NCBI GenBank assembly: GCA_016713115.1
Contig: JADJPU010000001.1
Span: 411,762 to 475,761 of the forward strand
Direction of reading: 5' to 3'
DNA: 64,000 nucleotides
Source: Cellvibrionales bacterium
GTDB lineage: Bacteria > Pseudomonadota > Gammaproteobacteria > Pseudomonadales > UBA7239
The position numbers and the translations under genes are program-made. Below the pieces are notes generated by a model, which searched no databases, was not told the origin of the DNA, and worked only from the letters and a program-made list of their open reading frames with translations. Positions within the stretch are counted from its first letter, which is position 1. Each line of letters begins with the position of its first letter. Positions 45,335-53,790 of this stretch are shown here, piece after piece.

Positions 45335-47017
45335 ATGCAAGACAATTATGATGTGATCGTGGTCGGTTCAGGCGCTGGTGCATTTATTTCCGCACTGGCT
45401 GCCGCCAAACAGGGCGCTTCGGTGTTGATGCTGGAAAAGGGCACACAATGGGGCGGCACCAGTTCTAAATCGGGCGGCGGTGTGTGGGTGCCCAACAACC
45501 GCAACATCGCACAAGCCGGTGTGAGCGATTCGCCAGAAGATGCCTTCACTTATATGCGCGCCGTGATTCCCGCCAGCGAAGTGCCGGATGCCACCATCAA
45601 AAATTACATCGCCTACGCGCCAAAAATGATGGACTTTTTGGAAGCCAATACCTGCCTGAGCTTCACGCCGGTGCCAGGCTACGCCGATTACTACCCCGAC
45701 ATCGCCGGCTGGAAAGCGGGCGGCCGCACCATGGATCCATCGCCGGTCGATGGCCGCAGCATGGACTACAGCATGCTGTCCAACTTAGTGGAATCGCCGC
45801 GCGCCTCGAAAGCCTTTGGTCGCTTCTCCATGAGCATTCTGGAAGGCGTACAAATTCTGGCGAAAACGCCAGGCTGGCAAAAAATCTTCATGGGTATTAT
45901 CTGGAGTTACATCAAAGATATTCCCGGCCGCTTCAAAGGCGCGCGCGATCGCCGCTTAACGCAGGGCAACGCCATCATCGGCGGCTTGTACTACGCCTGC
46001 CAACAACAGGGCGTGAAATTATTACTGGATTCTGCGGTGGCGGAGCTGCAACAAGACGGTGATCGCGTCAGCGGTGTGGTGTTAAAAAATGGCAAAACAT
46101 TTAGCGCAAAACAAGCGGTCATCCTCGCGGCAGGCGGTTTTGATCACAACCAACAACTGCGCGAAAAATATTTACCCAACCCCACCAATGCCGACAACTC
46201 CTCTGGCGTAAAAACCAACACCGGCGATTTGCTGTTGGCCGCACAAAAACTCGGCGCAGCTACCGCTCTGATGGGCGAAGCGTGGTGGGCGCCCACGGTG
46301 ATGACACCTTGGGGACCGACGGTATTGTTCTCAGAAAAATCCAAACCTGGCTTGATTATCGTGGATAAAAAAGGTCAGCGTTTTATGAATGAATCCATCA
46401 CCTATAACTCTTACGGCGATTGTTTTTATCAAGCTGTGCAAAAAGGTCACGACATCTTCCCCGCCTACTGCATTCTGGATTCGCACTACCGCACCAAATA
46501 CATGTTCGGCGGCGTGGTGCAGGGCGAAGCCATGCCCGACGCCTTCTGCAAAGCCATGATCGGCGACGACAAAATGTTGGTGAAAGCTGACACCCTGCAA
46601 GCACTGGCACAAAAAATCGGCGTGGATTACACCGGCCTGCAAGACACCATGGCAAAAGTGAAGCAGTACGCCACCTCCGGCGTGGATGCGGATTTTGGCC
46701 GCGGCAGCGATTCACACGACACCCTGTACGGCGACCCAGAAGTGAAACCCAACCCCTGCTGGGGCGCGATGACGCAAGGCCCCTACTACGCAGCCAAATT
46801 GCTGTTGGGTGATTTAGGCACCAAGGGCGGCTTGGTCATCAACGAGCACGGCCAAGTGCTGCACGAAAGCGGTCAGCCGATTGCGGGGCTGTACGCCACC
46901 GGCAATATCACCGCCTCCATCATGGGCAGCAAATACCCAGGCGCAGGCTGCACACTGGGGCCATCCATGACCATCGGTTACAAAGCCGGTCATCACGCCA
47001 CGGGAAAAGCACTGTAA
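45335..47017 (+). CDS. FAD-dependent oxidoreductase, 3-oxosteroid 1-dehydrogenase (KstD)-like
   Basis: 560 aa: YDVIVVGSGAGAFISALAAAKQGASVLMLEKG..GGTS..SGG..W.PNN, with a C-terminal ..GLYATGN.. typical of KstD-like flavoproteins. Confidence 0.75.
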   Translation: MQDNYDVIVVGSGAGAFISALAAAKQGASVLMLEKGTQWGGTSSKSGGGVWVPNNRNIAQAGVSDSPEDAFTYMRAVIPASEVPDATIKNYIAYAPKMMDFLEANTCLSFTPVPGYADYYPDIAGWKAGGRTMDPSPVDGRSMDYSMLSNLVESPRASKAFGRFSMSILEGVQILAKTPGWQKIFMGIIWSYIKDIPGRFKGARDRRLTQGNAIIGGLYYACQQQGVKLLLDSAVAELQQDGDRVSGVVLKNGKTFSAKQAVILAAGGFDHNQQLREKYLPNPTNADNSSGVKTNTGDLLLAAQKLGAATALMGEAWWAPTVMTPWGPTVLFSEKSKPGLIIVDKKGQRFMNESITYNSYGDCFYQAVQKGHDIFPAYCILDSHYRTKYMFGGVVQGEAMPDAFCKAMIGDDKMLVKADTLQALAQKIGVDYTGLQDTMAKVKQYATSGVDADFGRGSDSHDTLYGDPEVKPNPCWGAMTQGPYYAAKLLLGDLGTKGGLVINEHGQVLHESGQPIAGLYATGNITASIMGSKYPGAGCTLGPSMTIGYKAGHHATGKAL

Positions 47018-47079
47018 AAACCAGCGTCCATATTGTTTAATGCGCACCCTTCTTTTTTCTCCTGCGCATTGGATTCGAC

Positions 47080-48303
47080 ATGAGTCTGCTGGTTCAAAAA
47101 TTTGGCGGCACCTCGGTGGGCTCGGTAGAGCGCATCGAAGCCGTCGCCGACAAACTGGTGAAGTTTCATCAGCAAGGTCATCAACTGGTGGTGGTGGTTT
47201 CCGCCATGAGTGGCGAAACCAACCGCCTGATCGCGCTGGCTAAAGCCATTACCGATCACCCCGATCAGCGCGAATTAGATGTGCTGGTATCCACCGGTGA
47301 GCAAGTCACCATCGGCCTGTTGGCGATGGCGCTGAAAAAACGCGGTGTGGATGCGCGTTCTTACACCGGCAGCCAAGTGCGCATCCTCACCGATAGCTCC
47401 TTTAACAAAGCGCGTATCGAACACATCGACGATCAAAACATTCGTGCGGATCTAGCCGCCGGTCGCATCGTAGTGGTAGCGGGTTTCCAAGGCGTCGACG
47501 AGAACGGCAACATCACCACCCTCGGTCGCGGCGGTTCCGACACCACCGGCGTTGCCCTCGCCGCTGCACTGAAAGCCGACGAATGCCAGATCTATACCGA
47601 TGTCGATGGCGTTTACACCACCGACCCGCGCGTGGTACCGGAAGCGCGTCGCCTGAGCCGCATCACCTTTGAAGAAATGCTGGAAATGGCCAGCCTCGGC
47701 TCCAAGGTGTTGCAAATTCGTTCGGTGGAATTTGCCGGCAAATACAATGTCCCCCTGCGCGTGCTGCACAGCTTCCAAGAAGGCCCCGGCACGCTGATTA
47801 CCCTTGAGGATGAGTCCACTATGGAACAACCCATCATTTCCGGTATCGCTTTCACTCGCGACGAAGCCAAGCTCACCGTGCGCGGTGTACCCGACAAACC
47901 GGGCATCGCCTCACGCATCCTCGGTCCCGTCAGCGCCGCCAATATCGAAGTGGATGTGATCGTGCAGAATGTGGCCGCCGACAACACCACCGACTTCACC
48001 TTCACCGTCGCCAAGGGTGAAATGGCGAAAACCGCCGCTATCCTCGACACCGTGGCGAAGGAACTCGGCGCGCGTGAAGTCGTCCAAGACGACAAGGTAG
48101 CCAAAGTGTCTATCGTCGGCGTGGGCATGCGCTCACACGCAGGTGTAGCCGCCAAGATGTTCCAAGCACTGGCGGCGCACAACATCAACATCCAGATGAT
48201 CACCACCTCGGAAATCAAAATCTCGGTGGTGATTGAAGACAAGTTCATGGAATTGGCGGTGCGCGGTCTGCATGAAGCCTTCGAACTGGATAAAGCGAAG
48301 TAA
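47080..48303 (+). CDS. lysC: Aspartate kinase (monofunctional, two ACT domains)
   Basis: MSLLVQKFGGTSVGSVERI.., ..VVVVSAMSGETN.., tandem ACT domains. lysC-csrA-tRNA-Ser synteny. Confidence 0.95.
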   Translation: MSLLVQKFGGTSVGSVERIEAVADKLVKFHQQGHQLVVVVSAMSGETNRLIALAKAITDHPDQRELDVLVSTGEQVTIGLLAMALKKRGVDARSYTGSQVRILTDSSFNKARIEHIDDQNIRADLAAGRIVVVAGFQGVDENGNITTLGRGGSDTTGVALAAALKADECQIYTDVDGVYTTDPRVVPEARRLSRITFEEMLEMASLGSKVLQIRSVEFAGKYNVPLRVLHSFQEGPGTLITLEDESTMEQPIISGIAFTRDEAKLTVRGVPDKPGIASRILGPVSAANIEVDVIVQNVAADNTTDFTFTVAKGEMAKTAAILDTVAKELGAREVVQDDKVAKVSIVGVGMRSHAGVAAKMFQALAAHNINIQMITTSEIKISVVIEDKFMELAVRGLHEAFELDKAK

Positions 48304-48500
48304 GCCTTCGGTTATTGCCGCTTATCCAGCAGCATTTTTTGGCACTACAATGGCTTGTGCTAGTCGTTTTAAGCACGACCTCGGGCTTTGCTCTCCCCGA
48401 GCTAAAACGGGCAGGTGGGCGTCTACGGAGTTTTGACACCCTGTCTGCTTAAACTTTCGACGAGTGATTGGCTCGTCACATGGAAAAAGGAGATAAGGCT

Positions 48501-48746
48501 ATGCTTATTCTTACTCGTCGTATTGGTGAAACCCTGATGGTTGGTGACGATGTCACCGTCACTGTGCTGGGCGTTAAAGGCAACCAAGTGCGCATCGGCA
48601 TCAACGCACCGAAAAATGTTTCCGTACACCGCGAAGAAATTTATCAGCGCATCCAGCAGGAAAAACAAGGTGGCGGCGCAAGCAGCTACAGCAAGCCTTC
48701 CTATGATGATGACGATTACGGCCACGACGATCACGGCAACCGTTAA
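48501..48746 (+). CDS. csrA: Carbon storage regulator CsrA/RsmA with a ~20-aa acidic C-terminal extension
   Basis: ATG 48501 after [61 protein letters not shown] is near-identical in pattern to E. coli CsrA. It is followed by ..[25 protein letters not shown]. Confidence 0.95.
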   Translation: MLILTRRIGETLMVGDDVTVTVLGVKGNQVRIGINAPKNVSVHREEIYQRIQQEKQGGGASSYSKPSYDDDDYGHDDHGNR

Positions 48747-48860
48747 TCATTCCACCCAACACTGCGCTGGCTGTTTTGCTGTAAAAAAATAGTCGGCGTT
48801 TTGTGTGTGCTGTCGGAGCAGGGACGCTCATTTTCTTCCAGTAAAACCCCTGCTTTTGCT

Positions 48861-48888
48861 TTGATTGGCATGGACTTGTTGCTATCAT
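48861..48888 (+). promoter_or_regulatory. Putative sigma-70 promoter of tRNA-Ser
   Basis: TTGATT (48861-48866), a 16-nt spacer, then TATCAT (48883-48888). The tRNA 5' end is 11 nt downstream of the -10. Confidence 0.5.
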
Positions 48889-48899
48889 GCCGCCCCTCT

Positions 48900-48992
48900 G
48901 GAGAGATGGCCGAGAGGCCGAAGGCGCTCCCCTGCTAAGGGAGTATCGGGTCAAAAGCCTGATCGAGGGTTCGAATCCCTCTCTCTCCGCCA
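48900..48992 (+). tRNA. tRNA-Ser (anticodon GCU)
   Basis: Acceptor GGAGAGA/TCTCTCC plus G and an encoded CCA. Anticodon stem-loop CTCCC-CTGCTAA-GGGAG, a long variable arm, and T-arm GAGGG-TTCGAAT-CCCTC. Confidence 0.93.
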
Positions 48993-49025
48993 TTTATACA
49001 TCCCACAAAATCTCAAGAAGTCCGC

Positions 49026-49053
49026 AAAGCCCAGTAAACGCTGGGCTTTTTTA
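49026..49053 (+). terminator. Rho-independent terminator after tRNA-Ser (could also serve convergent parE)
   Basis: AAAGCCCAG-TAAACG-CTGGGCTTT followed by TTT. Confidence 0.7.
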
Positions 49054-49057
49054 ATCA

Positions 49058-49345
49058 CTACAGCAACCGCTTCGTTACATCCATGCGCTTGTGCAGAACA
49101 CGGGCAATTAAAATTCCGTCTCGCATCTGCGTATAAAAAATCATATGGCTTTGATGAGAAAACCGCCTGTAGCCTGCACGGATATTTTCAATACTCACGC
49201 CCATAGCGGGGTTAGCGGCCAACGCATCCATGCATGCAGAAATTGATTTGTAGTACGCCTCTGTTTGAGCAAAACCAAACTCAGCCAGTGACCAATCAAA
49301 AATGCGTTCTATATCGGTGGCTGCCGCTTCAGACAGCCTATACAT
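49058..49345 (-). CDS. parE: ParE toxin (RelE/ParE superfamily)
   Basis: 95 aa: MYRLSEAAATDIERIFDWSLAEFGFAQTEAYYKSI...GYRRFSHQSHMIFY....GILIARVLHKRMD. Overlaps the upstream parD by 8 nt. Confidence 0.88.
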   Translation of the reverse strand: MYRLSEAAATDIERIFDWSLAEFGFAQTEAYYKSISACMDALAANPAMGVSIENIRAGYRRFSHQSHMIFYTQMRDGILIARVLHKRMDVTKRLL

Positions 49346-49583
49346 CTATTCCTCGCCGTGATTTGGCTGCCTGCCAAACACTATCAACGGTTCGCTCAGA
49401 AATGCCGCTGTTTTCACCCGCAATGAGCGCTTGAATCAATGCCTCTCTATCGCGCTGCATTGTTTGATCTCGCCGAATTAAATCTCGCATATAGTCACTG
49501 GCATTGCTGTAATGCCCTGTGCTGATCTGATCCTCAACCCAAGTTTTCATCGGGTCAGGTAGCGATATATTCATAGTTGCCAT
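49338..49583 (-). CDS. parD: ParD antitoxin (ribbon-helix-helix)
   Basis: ATG 49583 after GGAGG. MATMNISLPDPMKTWVEDQISTGHYSNASDYMRDLIRRDQ is the typical ParD/CopG N-terminus. Confidence 0.88.
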   Translation of the reverse strand: MATMNISLPDPMKTWVEDQISTGHYSNASDYMRDLIRRDQTMQRDREALIQALIAGENSGISERTVDSVWQAAKSRRGIDV

Positions 49584-49657
49584 AGCGAATACCTCCGCCT
49601 GCATTGTGGTAATTTTTGGCAAAGATTGCCATAACTACCGCAATAGCTGTAGGGCCT

Positions 49658-50602
49658 TCACAAACTCTTTACCCACTGCTCTGTTTTATCCCACAACTGC
49701 GCGGCAACGGCGCTGTCTTTGCTATCCGCACTCGCGGCGTGCGGTTTGCACTGTTGGTAATACTGCCCGCCGACTGCGGCAGGATTTGTGGCGCAATGCA
49801 CGCTGGTTTGCGCGCCTTCTTCTGGCGTGAGCAACATAAACTTTTCCAGCGGCGCGAGTGCGTGGCGCACGGTTTGCAGCGCGTTATTTCCCGCCAAACC
49901 TTTGTCCGCAATATTGGTGTACACCGCCCCCGGATGCAGACAGTACGCCTGCAAGTGATCGCTCTCTGCAAAACGGCGCTGTATTTCAAAGGTCGCATGC
50001 ACAATCGCCAATTTGGACATGCCGTAAGCCGTCCATGAGTTATACGGATAATCGCCCAGCAAACCCGCGTTGTAGCCTTTGCTGTGCATTTGCGAGGCCA
50101 CATTCACGATGCGCGCATCACCCGTTTTTCTGCCGGTTTCTCGCAACAGCGGCAGCAATAAATGCGTGAGATGCATCACGCCTAGGTAGTTTGTGCGCCA
50201 CTGAATTTCAAAACCATCGGCGGTGAGATGCGGCTCTTTCCACTGCGACAGCAAATCAAAATGCACGCCGGCATTGTTCACCAAAATATCTAAACGCTCG
50301 CCGTGATTTTTTACAAACCACGCCGCAAATGCTGCCACCGATTCAGCTGAAGTCGCTTCCAACACATGCGCATCAATTTCCGCGCCGTTAGCTGCTGCAC
50401 GCAAAACATCTGCTAGTTTTTCAGCGTTTGATCGCGTGGTGACAATCACTTTTGCGCCCCATAACGCCAATATTTTTGCAGTTTCAAAACCGATAGAACC
50501 TCGTGCACAACCAGTGACAATCGCTGTTTTTCCACGCAAATCTTGCTTCTCGGCAAATGGCGCTTTCACCAGACAGCCGCGCACAGCTTGATACATACCC
50601 AT
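49658..50602 (-). CDS. Short-chain dehydrogenase/reductase (SDR) family oxidoreductase
   Basis: Start at ATG 50602 after GGAG. Cofactor motif TAIVTGCARGSIG, NNAG, and the catalytic YxxxK (YGMSKLA). Confidence 0.85.
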   Translation of the reverse strand: MGMYQAVRGCLVKAPFAEKQDLRGKTAIVTGCARGSIGFETAKILALWGAKVIVTTRSNAEKLADVLRAAANGAEIDAHVLEATSAESVAAFAAWFVKNHGERLDILVNNAGVHFDLLSQWKEPHLTADGFEIQWRTNYLGVMHLTHLLLPLLRETGRKTGDARIVNVASQMHSKGYNAGLLGDYPYNSWTAYGMSKLAIVHATFEIQRRFAESDHLQAYCLHPGAVYTNIADKGLAGNNALQTVRHALAPLEKFMLLTPEEGAQTSVHCATNPAAVGGQYYQQCKPHAASADSKDSAVAAQLWDKTEQWVKSL

Positions 50603-50649
50603 CACCCTATCTCCTACAAAAAACAATAGCCCACACCTGCGTTTAACGG

Positions 50650-50678
50650 TTGACGCTTCTGTGCGTCACACCTATAGT
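50650..50678 (+). promoter_or_regulatory. Putative sigma-70 promoter of tRNA-Arg
   Basis: TTGACG (50650-50655), a 17-nt spacer, then TATAGT (50673-50678), 13 nt before the tRNA 5' end. Confidence 0.6.
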
Positions 50679-50691
50679 ACGCACCCGCTGC

Positions 50692-50768
50692 GCGCCCGTA
50701 GCTCAGCTGGATAGAGTACCTGGCTACGAACCAGGTGGTCGGGAGTTCGAATCTCTCCGGGCGCGCCA
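50692..50768 (+). tRNA. tRNA-Arg (anticodon ACG)
   Basis: Acceptor GCGCCCG/CGGGCGC plus G and CCA. D-arm GCTCAGCTGGATAGAGT, anticodon stem-loop CCTGG-CTACGAA-CCAGG, and T-loop TTCGAAT. Confidence 0.93.
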
Positions 50769-50779
50769 TTATTATCAAA

Positions 50780-50810
50780 GGCTTAGTGTTAGCGCGCTAA
50801 GTCTTTTTTT
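50780..50810 (+). terminator. Rho-independent terminator after tRNA-Arg
   Basis: GGCTTAG..TTAGCGCGCTAA..CTAAGTC hairpin followed by T7 (50804-50810). Confidence 0.65.
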
Positions 50811-50852
50811 GCGTGTACATTTTGTCGTTACTAACAACACTCGAGGCAAACC

Positions 50853-51263
50853 ATGAGCAAGAAACCTGACATTACGATTTCCAGCTTGGACGCCGAGCGC
50901 TTGGAGCTGCTGCTGGAAGCATTAAAGCCCGATGCCACGGGCCGTGCAGAGCTGGAAGCTGAGTTGGCGCGCGCCTCTGTGGTAGAGCCACAACAAATGC
51001 CTGCCAATGTAGTAACCATGAATTCGACGGTGAAGTTTGTTATGCAATCCTCCGGCGAGGCGTTTGAAATGACACTGGTCTACCCTAAAGATGCCGACAG
51101 CAGCGGCAAGACGGTTTCCATTCTCGCCCCCGTGGGCAGTGCACTTTTAGGACTTACACAAGGCGATGAGATCGAATGGCCAAACCCTGCCGGCGGGATG
51201 ACCACGATCCAAGTCACGGAAGTGACCTATCAGCCAGAACGCGATGGTGCGCTTCACCGTTAA
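50853..51263 (+). CDS. rnk: Nucleoside diphosphate kinase regulator Rnk (GreA/GreB-like)
   Basis: 136 aa with an N-terminal coiled-coil (SSLDAERLELLLEAL) and a C-terminal GreA/B FKBP-like domain (..ISILAPVGSALLGL..GDEIEW..P.G). Confidence 0.85.
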   Translation: MSKKPDITISSLDAERLELLLEALKPDATGRAELEAELARASVVEPQQMPANVVTMNSTVKFVMQSSGEAFEMTLVYPKDADSSGKTVSILAPVGSALLGLTQGDEIEWPNPAGGMTTIQVTEVTYQPERDGALHR

Positions 51264-51265
51264 GA

Positions 51266-53050
51266 TCACCGTACCTGCAAACGACACCAGCGCCCTTCCG
51301 TGCGCGCAAAGAGTTGTTCTGGCTTGCTCTGCGGCAGACTGCGGGCAAAGCCTGCATAGCTGGTCGCGCCCTGCAGGCTTTGTTGGAGGCGCGCGGTAAA
51401 GGTATCCGCGCTGGCAGCCAGCAACAGGCCAGGTGCAGCAAGATCGCGATCAAACCAAGCAATCAACGCAAAGTCCGTAGGCTGCGCGAAATCCAGCGAT
51501 AGCCGCGCGTAATTCTCACCACGCACATCCACCCGCACTGGCGACACGACACACGCTTCAACACCAGCCAGCTCACTAAACGGTGGCACTTGCCAGTTAG
51601 GGTCTGCATAAGGCCCCACGCGAATACTGCGCAAAAATGCCGCCTCCTGTGCCAAGGTGTACTGTGAATCTGGCACCAAATGCGCGCGCGACACCGTGGG
51701 CTTTATTGCCGACAGCTCGCGCTCCAATCCCACCACCAACGCCAAGTGTGCATCGCGCGTGCGGTTGCCGGTTTTCAGCATCATTTCGTGATACCAGTTG
51801 GCGCGCATTGCAAAAACCATCAGCAAGAGCAACGCACCCAGCAACAGGCCAAGATAACGCCAGCGTTCACTGCTCGCCAACCACAACACGATGCCTATCC
51901 AAAATAACAGCACGATATTTTGGTAACGCAAGGCGTACACATTGTCCCAGAATAGGCCGCGCCCAATCGCAGTAACCAAAGCCACACCAAACCCGAACAA
52001 CGCTAACGCCAAACCCAACCACGCCACCGCGCTGAACTGCCTGCGCCGAAACAAACCCTGCCACCATGCTCGCGCCACACCACACAGCAGCACCGCCACT
52101 AAGGAAGGTGCGATCCAACTCATGACCTGTGGCAGCTGCCAAGGACCTTCCTGTGCCAACTGAAATGACAATGGATTGCCGAGATACCAAAGCGAGAACA
52201 CTGCAAAAAACTGCGCCACTGACATCAACTGCACAAAAGATAAGTTTTTCACTTCCGACAATATGTCACCCGAATTAGAAGGCAATCCATAGAAATAAAA
52301 TCCCAAATAAATAACCGCAGTCACCAAAAAAGTGGCGATAGATATTCGAGAATAGCGCAATGCCATCATCAATAAGAGCGCCACTGGCCATGCGATGAGT
52401 GCTGAAAAATTATTGAGGCCTGCAATCATCAGTGCACAACAAGCAATTGTCCCGTTTACCAAGTGTCGCCCTTGCTCACCCGCCAATAAGCGCTCAAACG
52501 CCAACACCACAAACCCTGTCACCAAAAACCATTGCACATCAAAAGTGTGCAAAAAATTAAATATCTGCGTGACATTAAACAGACAGAACAATACTCCAAA
52601 CAAAATAATCGTACGCTGTCCGTTGACGAGACGACCATCGCGCCGCAACACCGCAAACACAGAAAGAAAAACAACCACCTGCATCAGCACAGATACAGAC
52701 AACAGCAAGGCATTACTGCCATCTACCCACTGCATGTCTTGCACCCACAACCAGCGCGATAACAACGGCCTGTGTGAGTAGCCATACTGCTCCCAATAAT
52801 CAGCCCAACCTGCTTCGCCTTGCCATGCTTTTTGCAAAAAGGGCATCACTTCCCACATGTCGCGCCACGGGCCGCGCCACATACTCACTGCAATGGTGTA
52901 AATCGCAGCTACAACAAACACGATCACCAGTGCGCCGTATAACGCCCCCCAGTAACGCGCAGTGCGTAGAGCCGTTTGTTCGCATCGATCGAGCATATTC
53001 ACAACAAAAAATAACCTTTTGAAATTTGCCGGTATAAGCGCATGAATCAT
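51266..53050 (-). CDS. Polytopic inner-membrane protein of unknown family, paralog of 14556..16214
   Basis: 594 aa with more than 10 TM segments and a C-terminal soluble region. It shares the post-TM1 acidic motif and architecture with 14556..16214. The start is ambiguous (ATG 53050 or 52996). Confidence 0.6.
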   Translation of the reverse strand: MIHALIPANFKRLFFVVNMLDRCEQTALRTARYWGALYGALVIVFVVAAIYTIAVSMWRGPWRDMWEVMPFLQKAWQGEAGWADYWEQYGYSHRPLLSRWLWVQDMQWVDGSNALLLSVSVLMQVVVFLSVFAVLRRDGRLVNGQRTIILFGVLFCLFNVTQIFNFLHTFDVQWFLVTGFVVLAFERLLAGEQGRHLVNGTIACCALMIAGLNNFSALIAWPVALLLMMALRYSRISIATFLVTAVIYLGFYFYGLPSNSGDILSEVKNLSFVQLMSVAQFFAVFSLWYLGNPLSFQLAQEGPWQLPQVMSWIAPSLVAVLLCGVARAWWQGLFRRRQFSAVAWLGLALALFGFGVALVTAIGRGLFWDNVYALRYQNIVLLFWIGIVLWLASSERWRYLGLLLGALLLLMVFAMRANWYHEMMLKTGNRTRDAHLALVVGLERELSAIKPTVSRAHLVPDSQYTLAQEAAFLRSIRVGPYADPNWQVPPFSELAGVEACVVSPVRVDVRGENYARLSLDFAQPTDFALIAWFDRDLAAPGLLLAASADTFTARLQQSLQGATSYAGFARSLPQSKPEQLFARTEGRWCRLQVR

Positions 53051-53157
53051 AGCGCAGTTGCTACAGCGAATAGCCTGTCGTGCAAATTGATACCGTTCTG
53101 GACGATAGCTCCGAGTGGATCTACCATGAATGCCTATTCATCGCCTCGGAGGTCGCC

Positions 53158-53775
53158 ATGAAACTGTACTACTCACCCGGAACCTGTGCACTCGCCTGCC
53201 ACATCGTACTGGAGTGGACGGGCAAGCCGTATGACTTACAAAAAGTCAGCATACACGGACAAAAATCCCCCGAGCTATTAAACATAAACCCACAAGGCGC
53301 CGTACCTGTTTTAGAAGATGGCGGTTGGGTTTTGACGCAAAACTTAGCCATCATGAATTACTTGGCCGACACCGCTGCCGATGCAAAATTGTGCGGCGAC
53401 AACAGCGCCAAATGCCGCGCAGAAATCAATCGCTGGTTGGCATTTTTAAATGCTGATTTACACACCGCATTCAAACCTTTATTTGGCGGCACGATGTATC
53501 TCGGCGATGATGCTGTGATCGAAAAAACCAAAAATAATGCCACGCAAGCTATCGTGCGCATGCTGACACTCACTAACCAACAGCTGGAAAAACAGGACTA
53601 CCTAGCAGGCGTACGCTCCATGGCGGATGCGTATCTATATGTAGTTTTGCGCTGGGTGAAATCATTAAAAATTGACATCAGCACTTTATCTGCACTGGCG
53701 CGTTTTACCGATCGTATGCAAGCCGATAGCGGCGTACAAAAAGCACTGGCGATGGAAGGTTTAGAAAAAATCTGA
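53158..53775 (+). CDS. Glutathione S-transferase (beta/GstB-like)
   Basis: ATG 53158 after GGAGG. MKLYYSPGTCALACHIVLEW...NPQGAVPVLEDGGWVLTQNLAIMNYLAD is a thioredoxin-like GST N-domain with a helical C-domain. Confidence 0.88.
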   Translation: MKLYYSPGTCALACHIVLEWTGKPYDLQKVSIHGQKSPELLNINPQGAVPVLEDGGWVLTQNLAIMNYLADTAADAKLCGDNSAKCRAEINRWLAFLNADLHTAFKPLFGGTMYLGDDAVIEKTKNNATQAIVRMLTLTNQQLEKQDYLAGVRSMADAYLYVVLRWVKSLKIDISTLSALARFTDRMQADSGVQKALAMEGLEKI

Positions 53776-53790
53776 TCGCTGTGGTGTGTG

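Noticed and set aside
47018-47079. Possible lysine riboswitch (L-box) in front of lysC.
   Set aside because: Only 62 nt separate the upstream stop from the lysC ATG, far too short for an L-box, and no conserved riboswitch helices are visible.
48865-49206. Track ORF 48865..49206 (113 aa) and the minus-strand ORF 48601..48993.
   Set aside because: Both run across the tRNA-Ser gene and its terminator, and neither has protein-family features.
48993-50691. Calling the tRNA-Ser-adjacent segment a mobile element or genomic island.
   Set aside because: There is no integrase, transposase or recombinase. I could not find a direct repeat of the tRNA-Ser 3' end by eye. It is reported only as a possible decayed insertion.
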